DNA of 64,000 nucleotides from Bacteroidia bacterium (GCA_965216465.1 CBDCFW010000003.1:256001-320000), one strand, 5' to 3'; shown: positions 10,648 to 21,974, counted from the stretch's first letter. Numbers and translations: made by a program. The notes: generated by a model not told the origin, from the letters alone.

Positions 10648-12585
10648 GTGAAAAACTTGCGTTTTTTTATATTGACCTTATTGCTTTTCCTCCTTTATTC
10701 GGTTAGGGCAACTCACATTGTGGGAGGAGATATTGGTTATAAACATCTCGAGTCTGACAACTATCAAATTTATTTAGATCTCTATATCGATTGTGTAAAT
10801 GGTGCACAAGGAGCTATCGACCAAGACTTAAAAGCCATTTTTACTTTTTTTAATGCTACTGACGGCTCTTTTATTGAGACTATAGAAATTGACCGAACCG
10901 AAGTCGAAAGGGTAGAAGAATTGCATTACAAATGCCTAAGCAACGAACCAAACGCATGTGTTCAGCGATTTGGTTTTTCATTTACGAAAGAGTTAGATCC
11001 AGGTAGCGATGGAATAATTATTTCTTTTCAACGCTGCTGCCGTAATAAGACTATTAGCAACTTAGTCGATCCAGAAAGTACAGGTGCAACATTTTTTACG
11101 CATATTCCTCCTAGAAATATTGTAGAAGATAATTCAAGTGCACGCTTTAAACGATTGCCTCCTAATTTCTTATGTACGAACGCTCCTTTAATATTTGATC
11201 ATTCGGCAGTAGATGATGATGGAGATTCATTGGTCTATGAACTTTCAACCCCATTTGTTGGGGCTACATATTCGTCTCCGCGTCCTGCACGATCAAGCAA
11301 TCCTCCCTTTAATAAGGTAATGTACAAGTCGCCCTATCATTTGAACGATATGATGGGTGGAACAACATTGCTCCAAATGAATCGCGAAACCGGCGAGTTA
11401 AGAGTAACCCCAAGTCAGGTAGGCCAATTCGTTGTTGGAATGAAGGTTAGCGAGTACCGCAACGGTGTTAAAATTGGAGAAACTTACCGTGACTATCAAT
11501 TTAATGTTATTGATTGTGACCTTAACGTTGTGGCAAATTTTAATGCACCTGAACGTGTTTGTGAACGCAAAGTTGATTTTACAGACCGAAGCTCAGGCGA
11601 TCAACTCCGTTACCAATGGGATTTTGGAGAAGAGCAAATCAACAATGATATATCGTCAAACCAAAACACTTCGTGGGTGTATAGCAATCCAGGAACGTAT
11701 AAGGTACGATTAGTAGTTTCCAATGATGGTTGCAGAGACACGTTCTACAAGTTTGTAGAAATCGTAGGAAGAGACTCGATTTTTGCACGTTTTGAGGTGG
11801 GACCTAAGATTGGATGTGATAGCCTAACGGTTAACATCGTTAATTACAGTGATGATGCAGAATGGTTTCAGTGGAATATGGGCGATGGTAGTTTGCATGC
11901 TGTCGATCAAGATGTCACAATGTATACCTATAAAGAGCCTGGTGAATATCCGATTTCATTGCTTATTGAAGATTCGAGCTCTTGCAATATTCTTCATAAC
12001 GCATTTGATACAGTTAAAGTCGTAGAATCGGAACATCATGAAGCACGATTTGATATCAACTTTAAACAAGATTGCGAAGCTGATGGTAAGGTGAATATTA
12101 CGGGAATTACACCCAATGATAATTTTACGTGGGATTATGGAGATGGAAGTACTTCGACAAATGAAGTTGATAATCCGCACTATTATAGCGAAGAAGGAAA
12201 TTATACGATCAAGTATGTTACGCAAGAAGAAGGCCTGTGTGTTTTTAACGACAGCTTCGAAATATCCTTTTTTGTCAGCAATTCAAAGGCAATAGTTGAT
12301 GGAATAACCCTGTACAACTTTTTTTCTCCAAACGATGATGCATTTAACAACTGTTTTAAAGTTGATGTAGACCGTTTTGATTGTGTAGAGGTGACCTTCC
12401 AAATATTTAACCGTTGGGGTGAATTGGTATATGAATCTAACGATGTAAATGGATGCTGGGATGGCCGTCATTATAAAACAAAAGAAGAATTACCATCAAG
12501 TGAATACTTCGGGATTTATTTCTTTGACATCCACGGAAGATCAAACCGACTTGAGCTCAGTAATGTTATTTCTTTGGTGAGATAG
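10648..12585 (+). CDS. PKD-domain protein with T9SS type B (gliding-motility-associated) CTD
   Basis: ATHIVGGDI N-terminus, WDFG/WNMGDG PKD repeats, NFFSPNDD...IFNRWGELVY. Confidence 0.85.
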   Translation: MKNLRFFILTLLLFLLYSVRATHIVGGDIGYKHLESDNYQIYLDLYIDCVNGAQGAIDQDLKAIFTFFNATDGSFIETIEIDRTEVERVEELHYKCLSNEPNACVQRFGFSFTKELDPGSDGIIISFQRCCRNKTISNLVDPESTGATFFTHIPPRNIVEDNSSARFKRLPPNFLCTNAPLIFDHSAVDDDGDSLVYELSTPFVGATYSSPRPARSSNPPFNKVMYKSPYHLNDMMGGTTLLQMNRETGELRVTPSQVGQFVVGMKVSEYRNGVKIGETYRDYQFNVIDCDLNVVANFNAPERVCERKVDFTDRSSGDQLRYQWDFGEEQINNDISSNQNTSWVYSNPGTYKVRLVVSNDGCRDTFYKFVEIVGRDSIFARFEVGPKIGCDSLTVNIVNYSDDAEWFQWNMGDGSLHAVDQDVTMYTYKEPGEYPISLLIEDSSSCNILHNAFDTVKVVESEHHEARFDINFKQDCEADGKVNITGITPNDNFTWDYGDGSTSTNEVDNPHYYSEEGNYTIKYVTQEEGLCVFNDSFEISFFVSNSKAIVDGITLYNFFSPNDDAFNNCFKVDVDRFDCVEVTFQIFNRWGELVYESNDVNGCWDGRHYKTKEELPSSEYFGIYFFDIHGRSNRLELSNVISLVR

Positions 12586-12612
12586 ACAATTTTCAATTGT
12601 TTTGCACTCGCG

Positions 12613-13053
12613 ATGAGCAAGTTTGAGATAAAAAATCCCAATTTTAAGGAAACCATTAGGGAGAAACTGAAAGGCCAGCATTTTATGCACCACATTGGCT
12701 TTGACCTGACAGAAATTGAGGTAGGAAGAGTTGTTGGTGAAATGGAGCTTGATCAAATTCACATGCAACAATTTGGTTTTGTTCATGGAGGAGTGATAGC
12801 TACATTGATGGACATTACCATGGGTTTCTCAGCTTATTCGTTAATGCCTATTGATTGTGGTGTTGTAACGGCCAATCTGAGTGTTGATTACATGAATCCA
12901 GGAATTGGAGACCGCATCAAAGCAATTGGTGAAGTTGAAAAAGTAGGAGGGAAGATTGTGTTTTGCAACGCTAAGGTATACACCTATTCAAATGGCGTGG
13001 AAACTCAAATTGCTTCTGCTCGAAGCCTTATGGCTGTTGTTCAGAAGCGATAG
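12613..13053 (+). CDS. PaaI family thioesterase
   Basis: QQFGFVHGGVIATLMD hotdog motif. Confidence 0.9.
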   Translation: MSKFEIKNPNFKETIREKLKGQHFMHHIGFDLTEIEVGRVVGEMELDQIHMQQFGFVHGGVIATLMDITMGFSAYSLMPIDCGVVTANLSVDYMNPGIGDRIKAIGEVEKVGGKIVFCNAKVYTYSNGVETQIASARSLMAVVQKR

Positions 13054-14527
13054 CCGGTGAAAGAATTTCGTCGAACTTGTATTTCAAGTTGTTGTCAACT
13101 TCTTCATTCTTATGATGAATGATGTTCTTTGCGTAATCGACCACGTAGTCATCTTTCCAAGTATTAAATTCTCGAGCTAAGGTTTGAATTGCATCAACCA
13201 TATAGTGTGCTTCTTCGTTGGTGGTTGTAGGGTGGATAGACATTCTAATCCAACCAGGTTTTGTAGAGCAGTCACCATGATATATTAATCTAGCAATTTC
13301 ATGAGACACGCCTTCACTAAGTTTTAGCAAATAGTGGCCGTAAGTTCCAGCACATGAACAACCACCTCTAGTTTGAATTCCATATTTGTCGTTTAGCATC
13401 TTAACTCCAAGATTGTAATGTAAGTCATCTATATAGAATGATATTACACCTAAGCGATCTCGATGTTCGTCAGCCAATATGTGAAGATTAGGAATGTCGT
13501 TAAGACCTTCCCAAACAATGTCTAAAAGTTCTTCTTCTCGTTGATGAATCTTGTCAACTCCCATTTCGTCTTTTAGATTGATGCACATAGCAACCTTCAT
13601 AGTCTGCAGAAATGCGGGAGTTCCTCCATCTTCTCGAACTTCGATATCGTCGTTGTAGCGGTGCACACCCCAGGGATCAGTCCAAACCACAGTTCCTCCA
13701 CCAGGATTATCGGGAACAGCATTATCATACAGGCTGTCGTTAAAGATTAAAACCCCTGAAGTTCCAGGACCTCCTAAAAATTTATGGGGCGAAAAATAGA
13801 TTGCATCTAAGTGAGCTCCCTCTTTATCGGGATGCATGTCGATGTTTATATAAGGTGCAGAGCAAGCGAAATCAACAAAACATAATCCGTTTACCGCGTG
13901 AATTTCTTCAGCTATACCATGGTAGTCAGTCATGATACCAGTTACATTAGAACACGATGTTATAGCTGCAATTTTATGTTTACGATTGCTGTATTGAGGT
14001 AAGATCTTTTTGAGCTCATTTCGGCTTACAAGCCCTTTTTCATCAGGAGGAATAATAACCACATCGGCGATGGTTTCTAACCAACTGGTCTGATTTGAAT
14101 GATGCTCCATATGCGTTACAAACACAATAGGGCGTTCTTCTTCAGTAAGTTCGATAAGGTCTTTGTACTTCTCGTGAACACGAAACCCTAAAATGCGTTG
14201 GAACTTATTAATAACCCCAGTCATTCCACTATTTGCACATATTAAGACGTCATTGGCGTTGGCATTTACATGAGACTTTATAATTTCTCTTGCCATGTGG
14301 TATGCATGGGTCATAGCCATCCCCGTCGAGTTAGTTTCGGTGTGCGTGTTTGCAACGAAAGGCATAATCTCGTAGCACATCTTTTTTTCGATGGGCAGAT
14401 AGTTTCTCCCACTAGCTGTCCAATCCGCATAAATAATGCGTTTATCGGTGCCATAAGGGGTGTCGATGGTGTGATTTAACCCTATGATTTCATCTCGAAA
14501 TGATTTAAAGTAGTGTTCTAAGCTCAT
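13028..14527 (-). CDS. Class V PLP-dependent aminotransferase / cysteine desulfurase-like
   Basis: YADWTASGR, MEHHSNQTSW, FSPHKFLGGPG, RGGCSCAG. Confidence 0.9.
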   Translation of the reverse strand: MSLEHYFKSFRDEIIGLNHTIDTPYGTDKRIIYADWTASGRNYLPIEKKMCYEIMPFVANTHTETNSTGMAMTHAYHMAREIIKSHVNANANDVLICANSGMTGVINKFQRILGFRVHEKYKDLIELTEEERPIVFVTHMEHHSNQTSWLETIADVVIIPPDEKGLVSRNELKKILPQYSNRKHKIAAITSCSNVTGIMTDYHGIAEEIHAVNGLCFVDFACSAPYINIDMHPDKEGAHLDAIYFSPHKFLGGPGTSGVLIFNDSLYDNAVPDNPGGGTVVWTDPWGVHRYNDDIEVREDGGTPAFLQTMKVAMCINLKDEMGVDKIHQREEELLDIVWEGLNDIPNLHILADEHRDRLGVISFYIDDLHYNLGVKMLNDKYGIQTRGGCSCAGTYGHYLLKLSEGVSHEIARLIYHGDCSTKPGWIRMSIHPTTTNEEAHYMVDAIQTLAREFNTWKDDYVVDYAKNIIHHKNEEVDNNLKYKFDEILSPAIASEQQP

Positions 14528-14622
14528 TTTATATTACAAGTTTAATGCAAATCTCAGATTTAAATAGAATGAATATGAAAAATAAGGGTATTCATAATAA
14601 TTTTTGATTTTGCTCGGAAGTT

Positions 14623-15996
14623 GTGCTATTTATAACTATACATTTGCATCAGTTAATGAAGATAATAATTGCTGGTGCAGGTGAGGTTGGCTACCATTTG
14701 GCGAAGTTATTGAGCAAGGAGAGTCACTCCATTGTATTAATTGATACCAATGCCAAGGTGTTGCAAAGGGCCGACTCTGAAATGGACTTATTAACCATTC
14801 AAGGGAATGCTTATTCACTGAGTGTTTTGGATCAAGCAGGTATTGAAAATACAGACTTGGTTATTGCTGTTACCTCTAGTGAAACGAGTAATCTGACCAT
14901 TGCTACTCTTGGTAAACAGCTCGGTGCCAAGAAAACCATCTCTCGTGTAAACAACGAAGAATTTCTAAAACTAAAAGATCGACTTGATCTTCAACGCCTG
15001 GGAATTGATGTGTTAATTTCTCCTGAAGAACTCGCATCTAAAGAAATTATTCGCCTTTTGAGAAGATCTTCGTTCTCCGATGCGTTCGACTTTGAGTTTG
15101 GTATGCTAACCTTACTTGGGTCATACCTTAAAAAGAAAAGCAAACTGGTTGGCAAATCGATCGTTGATTTTATGAAGATCGATCAGGCTAAAGACTTTAT
15201 CACCATTGCTGTAGATAGAGGAGGAGAGACCTTAATTCCAGACGAGAACTTTGTTTTTGACGTGAACGACCACGTTTTCTTCTTATGTAAGCCAACAGGA
15301 ATAGATCAAATCAGAGACCTCTGTGCTGGTAAGCGTGTTGAAGTTAAGAACGTTATGTTGATGGGTGGAGGTAATGTAGGCTTCAATACGGCCAAACGTT
15401 TGAGCAGACGAAAGAATGTGAAGCTCATTGAATCTAATTCAGAGCGTTGCTCAGTTCTTGCCGATAAGCTTCCAGAGACGCTAATCATAAACGACGATGG
15501 CCATGATGTCAATTTGTTAGAAGATGAAAACATCTCACAAATGGATGCGTTTATTGCTGTTACCGGAAACTCTGAAACCAATATAATGAGTTGTTTAGTA
15601 GCTAAGAATCATGGCGTTGAAAAGACGATTGCTATGGTTGAGAATATTGACTATATCAACTTATCTCAAACCATTGGAATTGATACCTTAATAAACAAGA
15701 AGCTAATTGCAGCTAATAATATCTTTAGGTATGTTCGCCATGCTGATATTGTAAATATTGCAGGCTTACACGGTATCGATGCCGAGATATTTGAAATATA
15801 TGTTAAAGAAGGATCTAAGGTAACTGAGGGCCCAATTAAGCAGCTAAACCTTCCTAAAGATGCCATAATTGGTGGAATTATAAGAGACAACAAAGCCTTT
15901 ATCGCAGGCCCAAACTATCAAATTCAAGCCAAAGACAAAGTAGTGGTTTTCGCACTACCCGACGCACTTAAGAAAACACTAGATTACTTCAGTTAA
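14623..15996 (+). CDS. trkA: Trk potassium uptake regulatory subunit
   Basis: IIIAGAGEVG and second MGGGNVG Rossmann motif; start probably MKIII at 14656. Confidence 0.92.
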   Translation: MLFITIHLHQLMKIIIAGAGEVGYHLAKLLSKESHSIVLIDTNAKVLQRADSEMDLLTIQGNAYSLSVLDQAGIENTDLVIAVTSSETSNLTIATLGKQLGAKKTISRVNNEEFLKLKDRLDLQRLGIDVLISPEELASKEIIRLLRRSSFSDAFDFEFGMLTLLGSYLKKKSKLVGKSIVDFMKIDQAKDFITIAVDRGGETLIPDENFVFDVNDHVFFLCKPTGIDQIRDLCAGKRVEVKNVMLMGGGNVGFNTAKRLSRRKNVKLIESNSERCSVLADKLPETLIINDDGHDVNLLEDENISQMDAFIAVTGNSETNIMSCLVAKNHGVEKTIAMVENIDYINLSQTIGIDTLINKKLIAANNIFRYVRHADIVNIAGLHGIDAEIFEIYVKEGSKVTEGPIKQLNLPKDAIIGGIIRDNKAFIAGPNYQIQAKDKVVVFALPDALKKTLDYFS

Positions 15997-17447
15997 TGTT
16001 TCATTTTAAAGCCATACTAAATGTTTTAGGCATCTTAATGCTTCTAAATGGCTTTTTTATGTCGACCGTATTGCCCGTTAGCTATTACACGGGAGCGGAA
16101 GATTTTAATGCAATTCTCTTTTCTGCAGCTATATCGGCGAACTTAGGTTTAATCATTTGGTTTTTAACCCGAAAAGTTAGGAAGGAAGTAGGCAAGCGTG
16201 ACGGCTATTTAATTGTGACCTTTGGTTGGATAATCTTAGGTATATCGGGCTCTTTACCGTTTCTGCTTAGTCAAACAATAGACTCAATACCTTCTGCCAT
16301 ATTTGAAACCATATCAGGGTATACCACCACCGGAGCGTCGATATTAACCAATATAGAAGCGATGCCTGCTGGACTTTTACTCTGGCGGAGCATGACACAG
16401 TGGATAGGTGGTATGGGAATTATAGTATTAACGGTGGCGATTCTTCCTCTTTTTGGAGTAGGCGGGATGGAGCTTTTTATGGCCGAGTCACCGGGACCTT
16501 CTTCAAGCAAACTGCATCCTCGAATTACCGACACCGCAAAACGCCTTTGGATTATTTATGTATTACTTACACTTGTCGAAACAATTTGTTTAAGGATTGC
16601 AGGCATGTCGTGGTATGACGCTGTTAACCACTCATTTACCACCATGAGTACAGGTGGGTTTTCAACCAAAAATGCCAGTATTGCCGCTTATAATAGCCCA
16701 GCTATTGAATATATTATCTCCGCTTTTATGATGGTTGGAGGGATCAATTTCAGTATGCTCTACTTTTTAGCAAAAGGAAGAATTGGAAGAGCATTCAAGA
16801 ACGAAGAATTTAGAACTTATATTGGTGTCTTATTTGGCTTTGTAATTGTGATTACTTGGGTGCTTTACAACTCAACAAACTCTGACGTTGAAGGAAGCTT
16901 TAGAGAAAGCTTGTTTCAGGTAACATCAATAATTACGACTACTGGATTTTCTACGGCCAATTATGCCAAATGGGTACCTTTTGCGTATATGCTAATCTTG
17001 TTCTTAATGTTTACCGGCGGATCAGCTGGATCAACGGCAGGAGGAGTGAAAATTGTACGTCATCTGCTTATCCTAAAGAATGGCTATATGGAATTTAAAA
17101 GATTGCTTCATCCTAGAGCAATAGTTCCTGTGCGAATTAATGGAAAAGCGGTAGACCAACGGATTGTTTATAACGTACTGGCGTTCTTCTTTATCTATTT
17201 GCTAACCTTTATAATGGGTGCACTGATAATCAGCGGGTTTGGCTACGATATAATTACATCTGCAGGTGCCAGTATAGCTTGTTTAGGTAACATCGGACCG
17301 GGTATAGGAGATGTAGATCCCAGCCACAATTTCGCCTTCTTTTCAGAAGGAGCACAACTCTTTCTCTCTTTCTTAATGCTTTTAGGTAGGTTGGAGCTTT
17401 TCACTGTATTAATTCTATTTACGCCTTCTTTCTGGCAGAAAGTATAA
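15996..17447 (+). CDS. trkH: Trk potassium uptake membrane subunit
   Basis: SGYTTTGAS, STGGFS, TTTGF, LGNIGPG pore loops, GRLELF. Confidence 0.93.
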   Translation: MFHFKAILNVLGILMLLNGFFMSTVLPVSYYTGAEDFNAILFSAAISANLGLIIWFLTRKVRKEVGKRDGYLIVTFGWIILGISGSLPFLLSQTIDSIPSAIFETISGYTTTGASILTNIEAMPAGLLLWRSMTQWIGGMGIIVLTVAILPLFGVGGMELFMAESPGPSSSKLHPRITDTAKRLWIIYVLLTLVETICLRIAGMSWYDAVNHSFTTMSTGGFSTKNASIAAYNSPAIEYIISAFMMVGGINFSMLYFLAKGRIGRAFKNEEFRTYIGVLFGFVIVITWVLYNSTNSDVEGSFRESLFQVTSIITTTGFSTANYAKWVPFAYMLILFLMFTGGSAGSTAGGVKIVRHLLILKNGYMEFKRLLHPRAIVPVRINGKAVDQRIVYNVLAFFFIYLLTFIMGALIISGFGYDIITSAGASIACLGNIGPGIGDVDPSHNFAFFSEGAQLFLSFLMLLGRLELFTVLILFTPSFWQKV

Positions 17448-17538
17448 GGAATCGCTAAAAAAATATCTGTTTCAAACCAAACTTTGTCGAAGTTTTATAG
17501 TTTATCCGTTTATAGACTATAACATTGTTTGTTAATTC

Positions 17539-18024
17539 ATGAGGTTATTATACATCGCATTACTACTGAGCTTGGTTTCTTGCACAACAAAACCAGGAGA
17601 TAAACTTCCAGATTTTAATTTTAACACCTTAAATGGTGAAACGGTTAGCCGTTCAGCATTAGAAGGAAAAGCAACCGTAATTGCTGTTTGGGCTACATGG
17701 TGTGGTGATTGCATTCGCGAGATTCCAGAATTGAATGCATTGGCTGATAAGTACAAAGACAATGACAATGTAGAATTCTTGGCCTTTAGCGATGAAGATG
17801 AATCTACGGTACGCACTTCGCTTAATCGTTTTCCTTTTGCGTTTAAGCACGTGGTGAATACCAAATCTTATACAGATCAGATTAAATCTGGCGTAACCAA
17901 GCACTTTCCACAAGTTTTGGTCATAAATGACGATTTGGAGATTGTTTTCGAGGTTACTGAAAACAAAGAACCTATCTTTACGGTTCTAGATAATCATATA
18001 CAAACTATATTAGGAAAATTGTGA
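17539..18024 (+). CDS. TlpA-family thioredoxin-like lipoprotein
   Basis: Lipobox LVSC, WATWCGDC. Confidence 0.85.
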   Translation: MRLLYIALLLSLVSCTTKPGDKLPDFNFNTLNGETVSRSALEGKATVIAVWATWCGDCIREIPELNALADKYKDNDNVEFLAFSDEDESTVRTSLNRFPFAFKHVVNTKSYTDQIKSGVTKHFPQVLVINDDLEIVFEVTENKEPIFTVLDNHIQTILGKL

Positions 18025-19208
18025 TAACTCATTGTAAGACAACAGATTTAGGTATTGACACAACCATATTCTCTTCTGTTGATCAAATCAACCCACAAGA
18101 GTGGACTAGCGTAAATAATGGAAGAAATATTTATCTCACCATTCCATATTTGAAGGCCATTGAATACAGTCTTCCTTCTTTTGATTTTAGATACATTGTA
18201 TTTTATAATGAATTAAAACAACCGATAGGAATTGGTTACTGCCAAATCGTTAAGATTACCTCGAACGAAATAAATGTAGAAGCTCTCTCTACCCGAATGG
18301 GTGGGATACTTCCAAAGCATTTAATCAATTCGCTTGATCTGCGTGTTTTAATTTGCGGTAATGCTTTTGCAAGCGGCGAAAATGGCTACATGTTTTCCCC
18401 TAAGCTCGATCAACGTGTCGGGTTTGAGGTTTTAGCCAACACCATTGATGAAATCAACTTTTCTGAAAAAAGACACAATCGAAAAATAGCGATATCAATT
18501 ATCAAAGAATTTTGGCCAGAAACGTTTGAATCGTCAGATTACCTGAAGGCAGCTGGATGCTCTGAGGTAAGTATCGATGTAAATATGATACTTCACCTTC
18601 ATCCTGACTGGCAAAGTTTCGATGACTATTTGAATGCCATGAACTCCAAGTTCAGAACAAAGGTCAAGCACGTAGACAAAATATCGCATGATTTAGAAGT
18701 CGTTAATTTTACTATAGAAGAGATTGAAAATAGATTAGACGAGATAAATGCTTTATATAACTCGATAGTGGACAAGGCAAATTTTAGCTTTGGGAGACTA
18801 AATGCCAACACACTGCTGAACATTAAAAAAGCACTAGGAGATCAATTTTTCTTTAGAGGCTACTACTTGGAGGGTGAGTTTGTTGCATTTGGTACGGCAA
18901 CCTCATTCGATGAAGTTTTGGATGGAAACTTTATAGGATTGAATTACACCTACAATCAAGATCACGGGATTTATCAGCGTATACTGTACGATTTTGTTCG
19001 CCATGCCTTCAAAATTGGTGCACGAGAGATTCGAATTGGTCGAACAGCTGAAGAAATAAAAAGTGGAGTAGGAGCCACACCGACTGAAATGAAATTCTAT
19101 GCAAAGCACAGAAACAAGGTTACAAACGCCATTTTGAGACCATTCGTACAGAATTTAAAACCAAGTGATTTTGATTTACGTAGACCTTTTAAGGCGATTT
19201 ACTATTAA
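18021..19208 (+). CDS. GNAT-like / peptidoglycan-recognition family protein
   Basis: WQSFDDYL..M.SK.R and GRTAEEIKS.VGA motifs. Confidence 0.6.
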   Translation: MITHCKTTDLGIDTTIFSSVDQINPQEWTSVNNGRNIYLTIPYLKAIEYSLPSFDFRYIVFYNELKQPIGIGYCQIVKITSNEINVEALSTRMGGILPKHLINSLDLRVLICGNAFASGENGYMFSPKLDQRVGFEVLANTIDEINFSEKRHNRKIAISIIKEFWPETFESSDYLKAAGCSEVSIDVNMILHLHPDWQSFDDYLNAMNSKFRTKVKHVDKISHDLEVVNFTIEEIENRLDEINALYNSIVDKANFSFGRLNANTLLNIKKALGDQFFFRGYYLEGEFVAFGTATSFDEVLDGNFIGLNYTYNQDHGIYQRILYDFVRHAFKIGAREIRIGRTAEEIKSGVGATPTEMKFYAKHRNKVTNAILRPFVQNLKPSDFDLRRPFKAIYY

Positions 19209-20348
19209 ATGGATTCGTTAACCCAAATTGTTCTTGGAGCTGCCGTTGGTGAAGTTGTACTTGGCAGAAAAGTCGGAAATAAAGCTATGTTATGGGGTGC
19301 CATTGCAGGTACCATTCCAGATCTTGATGTGTATCAAGGTTTGATCTTCGATGGTTTACGAGCAAGCGAGCTGCATCGGGGAGTTTCACACTCCTTGTTA
19401 TTTAGTATTTTCATCGCACCTGTATTAGCGTGGCTGATAAAACACAAAGAAAAAGGCTTTCTTATTGCAATTTTGGGCATCATTTTAGGTTATCCTATTT
19501 TGAGTATGGATAATATCTCAGGTCGCTTAATAATTGGAGGGATCTATGCTGCATTAGCCTATGTGATCTATCGATCAAAGTTTAACAGTGAATCTGCTTC
19601 ACGAAAAGATTGGACGAAGCTGGCATTTTGGGCATTGGTTACCCATCCTTTATTAGACTGCCACACCACTTGGGGAACTCAGTTTTTATGGCCTTTGCCG
19701 CATCGCCTTGCATGGAATAACATTTTTGTTGCAGACCCAGCATACACCATACCTTTTTTGATTTTTGTTGCTTTGGCGATGTTCTATAGAAGAGAGTCGC
19801 GTACACGTAGAAGATTGAATGCGATTGGAATTGCTGTAAGTTCACTCTATATGGTTTGGACACTAGGAGTGAAGTGGCACGTTCATACTGTATTTACAAA
19901 AAGCTTAAATGAGCAACATCTCTTGTTTTCAAGACTTACAACGGTACCCACTCCGTTTAACAGTATACTATGGTCGGGAACAGCAGAGAGTGATAGCAGT
20001 TATCATGTAGGTCTTTATTCACTATTGGATAAAGATCAAGAAATTAAGTTTCACGAAGTGGAACATGACCACCATAAATTAGCTGATTTAGAGGATGAAG
20101 ATGTGGTAAAAAGAGTTAAGTTTTTAGCCAAAGAGTGGTACGTTGTGACCAAAGATAGCAACGATTTGGTTATGTATGATGCCCGTTATGGGCCAATGTT
20201 TACGAGTTTAGATGGTGAACCAAAGTATGCATTTGGATATCGACTCGTAAATAAAGAAGGAGAGTGGGTCGCCGAATCTGTAGAGCCCAAAGATCTTAAG
20301 ATGGATGGCATGTTTGATGCGTTAATTAAACGTATTCAGGGCGAATAA
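19209..20348 (+). CDS. Inner-membrane metal-dependent hydrolase (YdjM-like)
   Basis: MDSLTQ, IPDLD, HRGVSHS, THPLLD motifs. Confidence 0.85.
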   Translation: MDSLTQIVLGAAVGEVVLGRKVGNKAMLWGAIAGTIPDLDVYQGLIFDGLRASELHRGVSHSLLFSIFIAPVLAWLIKHKEKGFLIAILGIILGYPILSMDNISGRLIIGGIYAALAYVIYRSKFNSESASRKDWTKLAFWALVTHPLLDCHTTWGTQFLWPLPHRLAWNNIFVADPAYTIPFLIFVALAMFYRRESRTRRRLNAIGIAVSSLYMVWTLGVKWHVHTVFTKSLNEQHLLFSRLTTVPTPFNSILWSGTAESDSSYHVGLYSLLDKDQEIKFHEVEHDHHKLADLEDEDVVKRVKFLAKEWYVVTKDSNDLVMYDARYGPMFTSLDGEPKYAFGYRLVNKEGEWVAESVEPKDLKMDGMFDALIKRIQGE

Positions 20349-20373
20349 AAAAAGGAGACCGAAGCCTCCTTTT
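20347..20373. terminator. Intrinsic terminator between convergent genes
   Basis: AAAAGGAG-accgaagc-CTCCTTTT. Confidence 0.7.
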
Positions 20374-20394
20374 CGTTGATTTCTTTTAGCATTC

Positions 20395-20916
20395 TTATGG
20401 CCATGCACAGATTATTCCGCCCATTATGGTTATAGTAATAGTCCAATATCCGGCGTTTATCCAGATATATTTCCAGCCCTTTTGCTCAAATAAAGCATTG
20501 GTACCTAAAATTGGAAGAACTAAGAAAACTGACGTGATGAAACCATGAAAAGCCCCATGCTTGAATGTTCTAAAAGCGTCACCTTTTTCTCCCAGTACTT
20601 GTGCAAACAGGTCGTTTTCCCAGTCTTGAAAGAAAAGCGATTGTAATCCAAGCTGGTGAATCACTACTGACTGTAAAATAATGGCTAACATCAATGAAAA
20701 TAAAAAGCTAACTCCGAAAATTACGGCCATGTTTCCTTCTTTAGCCTTTTCTTCGGTCATGCCTGTAACTTTCATCCAAGCCCCTCCAACTACCTTTTTG
20801 TGGTAGTAAATAAAACCGATTACCATCGGTACTAAAGCTGCTACAATAAGAGCAGCCCAGTTAAATTCTATCATATTTAATATTTGTTGGTTCTTTACAA
20901 ATATATGTAAGTACAA
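20395..20916 (-). CDS. DUF1761 membrane protein
   Basis: FRTFKHGAFHG, LFEQKGWKYIWINAGYW; start probably MIEFNW. Confidence 0.8.
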   Translation of the reverse strand: MYLHIFVKNQQILNMIEFNWAALIVAALVPMVIGFIYYHKKVVGGAWMKVTGMTEEKAKEGNMAVIFGVSFLFSLMLAIILQSVVIHQLGLQSLFFQDWENDLFAQVLGEKGDAFRTFKHGAFHGFITSVFLVLPILGTNALFEQKGWKYIWINAGYWTITITIMGGIICAWP

Positions 20917-21540
20917 CTAAAGTCCTAAAGCTAACAGAATCAGCCGAATAGAAAACCCAAGTAGAATAAATCCAATTGTTTTGTACGCAATAAGTAACGT
21001 TTTTTCCTTTAAATAGGGCTTAATTTTATGGGCTAAGAACGACTTGAGTAAGTCAGTAGTAAAGATGCCAACTAAGATCGCGACGAGAAAGATATATAAG
21101 TTGGTTTCTTGGTAGTTATTTCTTCCAATGGTTATGAAGCCAATCCATACGACAAACACAAAGGGGTTTACTCCGTTAACCAATAATCCTTGTGTAAAAT
21201 AGCCGAGGTAATCGCGTTTTCGTATTTTCTCTTCACCGTTTGATTTAAACAACACAGGTCGAAGAATGTATTTGAGTCCAAGAGCAATCAGAATTGCCGC
21301 ACCAACCCATTTAACTATGGGTTCTGACTTAATGCTTTCGAGTAATGATGCTGTACTAAAGAAACAGATATATAGAACAATTATATCGCTAACTATGATT
21401 CCTAACGCGGTAGAAACTCCAGCTTTTTGTCCGAATTGAACGGCATTTTTGATCAGTGTAAAGAATACGGGCCCTAAGAATAATGCGGTTCCCAAGCCAA
21501 GAAGTAAACCTTTGATAAAGGGCATGCACAAAGAAAACAA
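20917..21540 (-). CDS. LysE family translocator
   Basis: LGPVFF, G...SD, GLLVNGVNPF; multi-TM. Confidence 0.8.
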   Translation of the reverse strand: MFSLCMPFIKGLLLGLGTALFLGPVFFTLIKNAVQFGQKAGVSTALGIIVSDIIVLYICFFSTASLLESIKSEPIVKWVGAAILIALGLKYILRPVLFKSNGEEKIRKRDYLGYFTQGLLVNGVNPFVFVVWIGFITIGRNNYQETNLYIFLVAILVGIFTTDLLKSFLAHKIKPYLKEKTLLIAYKTIGFILLGFSIRLILLALGL

Positions 21541-21590
21541 AAAAAGCCCACAAAGCGAACATTGTGGGCGACCAGAAAATGTGTGAAGTA

Positions 21591-21974
21591 TTACGCGTTT
21601 ACTTCATAGAAAAATTGCTCTTTAACAATTTTACCATCTTTAACTTCATAGAGGCAGATTTCGTCCATTTGGGCACGATTGCCATCTTTGAAAGTAATGT
21701 CGTTCCACATTCTGCAGGTGAAGTAGTTTCCTGCAATTATGGGTTCTGATACTTCGGCACCGTGCATTTCTTGCACCATGTCGTTCCACTGTTTTCCTTT
21801 AGCTGCGAATTCTTCCATGCCCTGAGCTACTTCCCATTGAGCACCTTTAGGTTCTTGACTAATAGCGTCTGGACTGAAGAGTTCGGCGTAACATTTTTCA
21901 AATTGCCCTGTGCGGCAATAGGTTACGAGTTTGTTTGCAATTTCTTGTGTCGTCATTGTTAATATAATTATCAA
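21591..21974 (-). CDS. SnoaL/NTF2-like protein
   Basis: MTTQEIANKLV..CR.G, EICLYEVKDGKIVKEQFFY. Confidence 0.85.
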   Translation of the reverse strand: MIIILTMTTQEIANKLVTYCRTGQFEKCYAELFSPDAISQEPKGAQWEVAQGMEEFAAKGKQWNDMVQEMHGAEVSEPIIAGNYFTCRMWNDITFKDGNRAQMDEICLYEVKDGKIVKEQFFYEVNA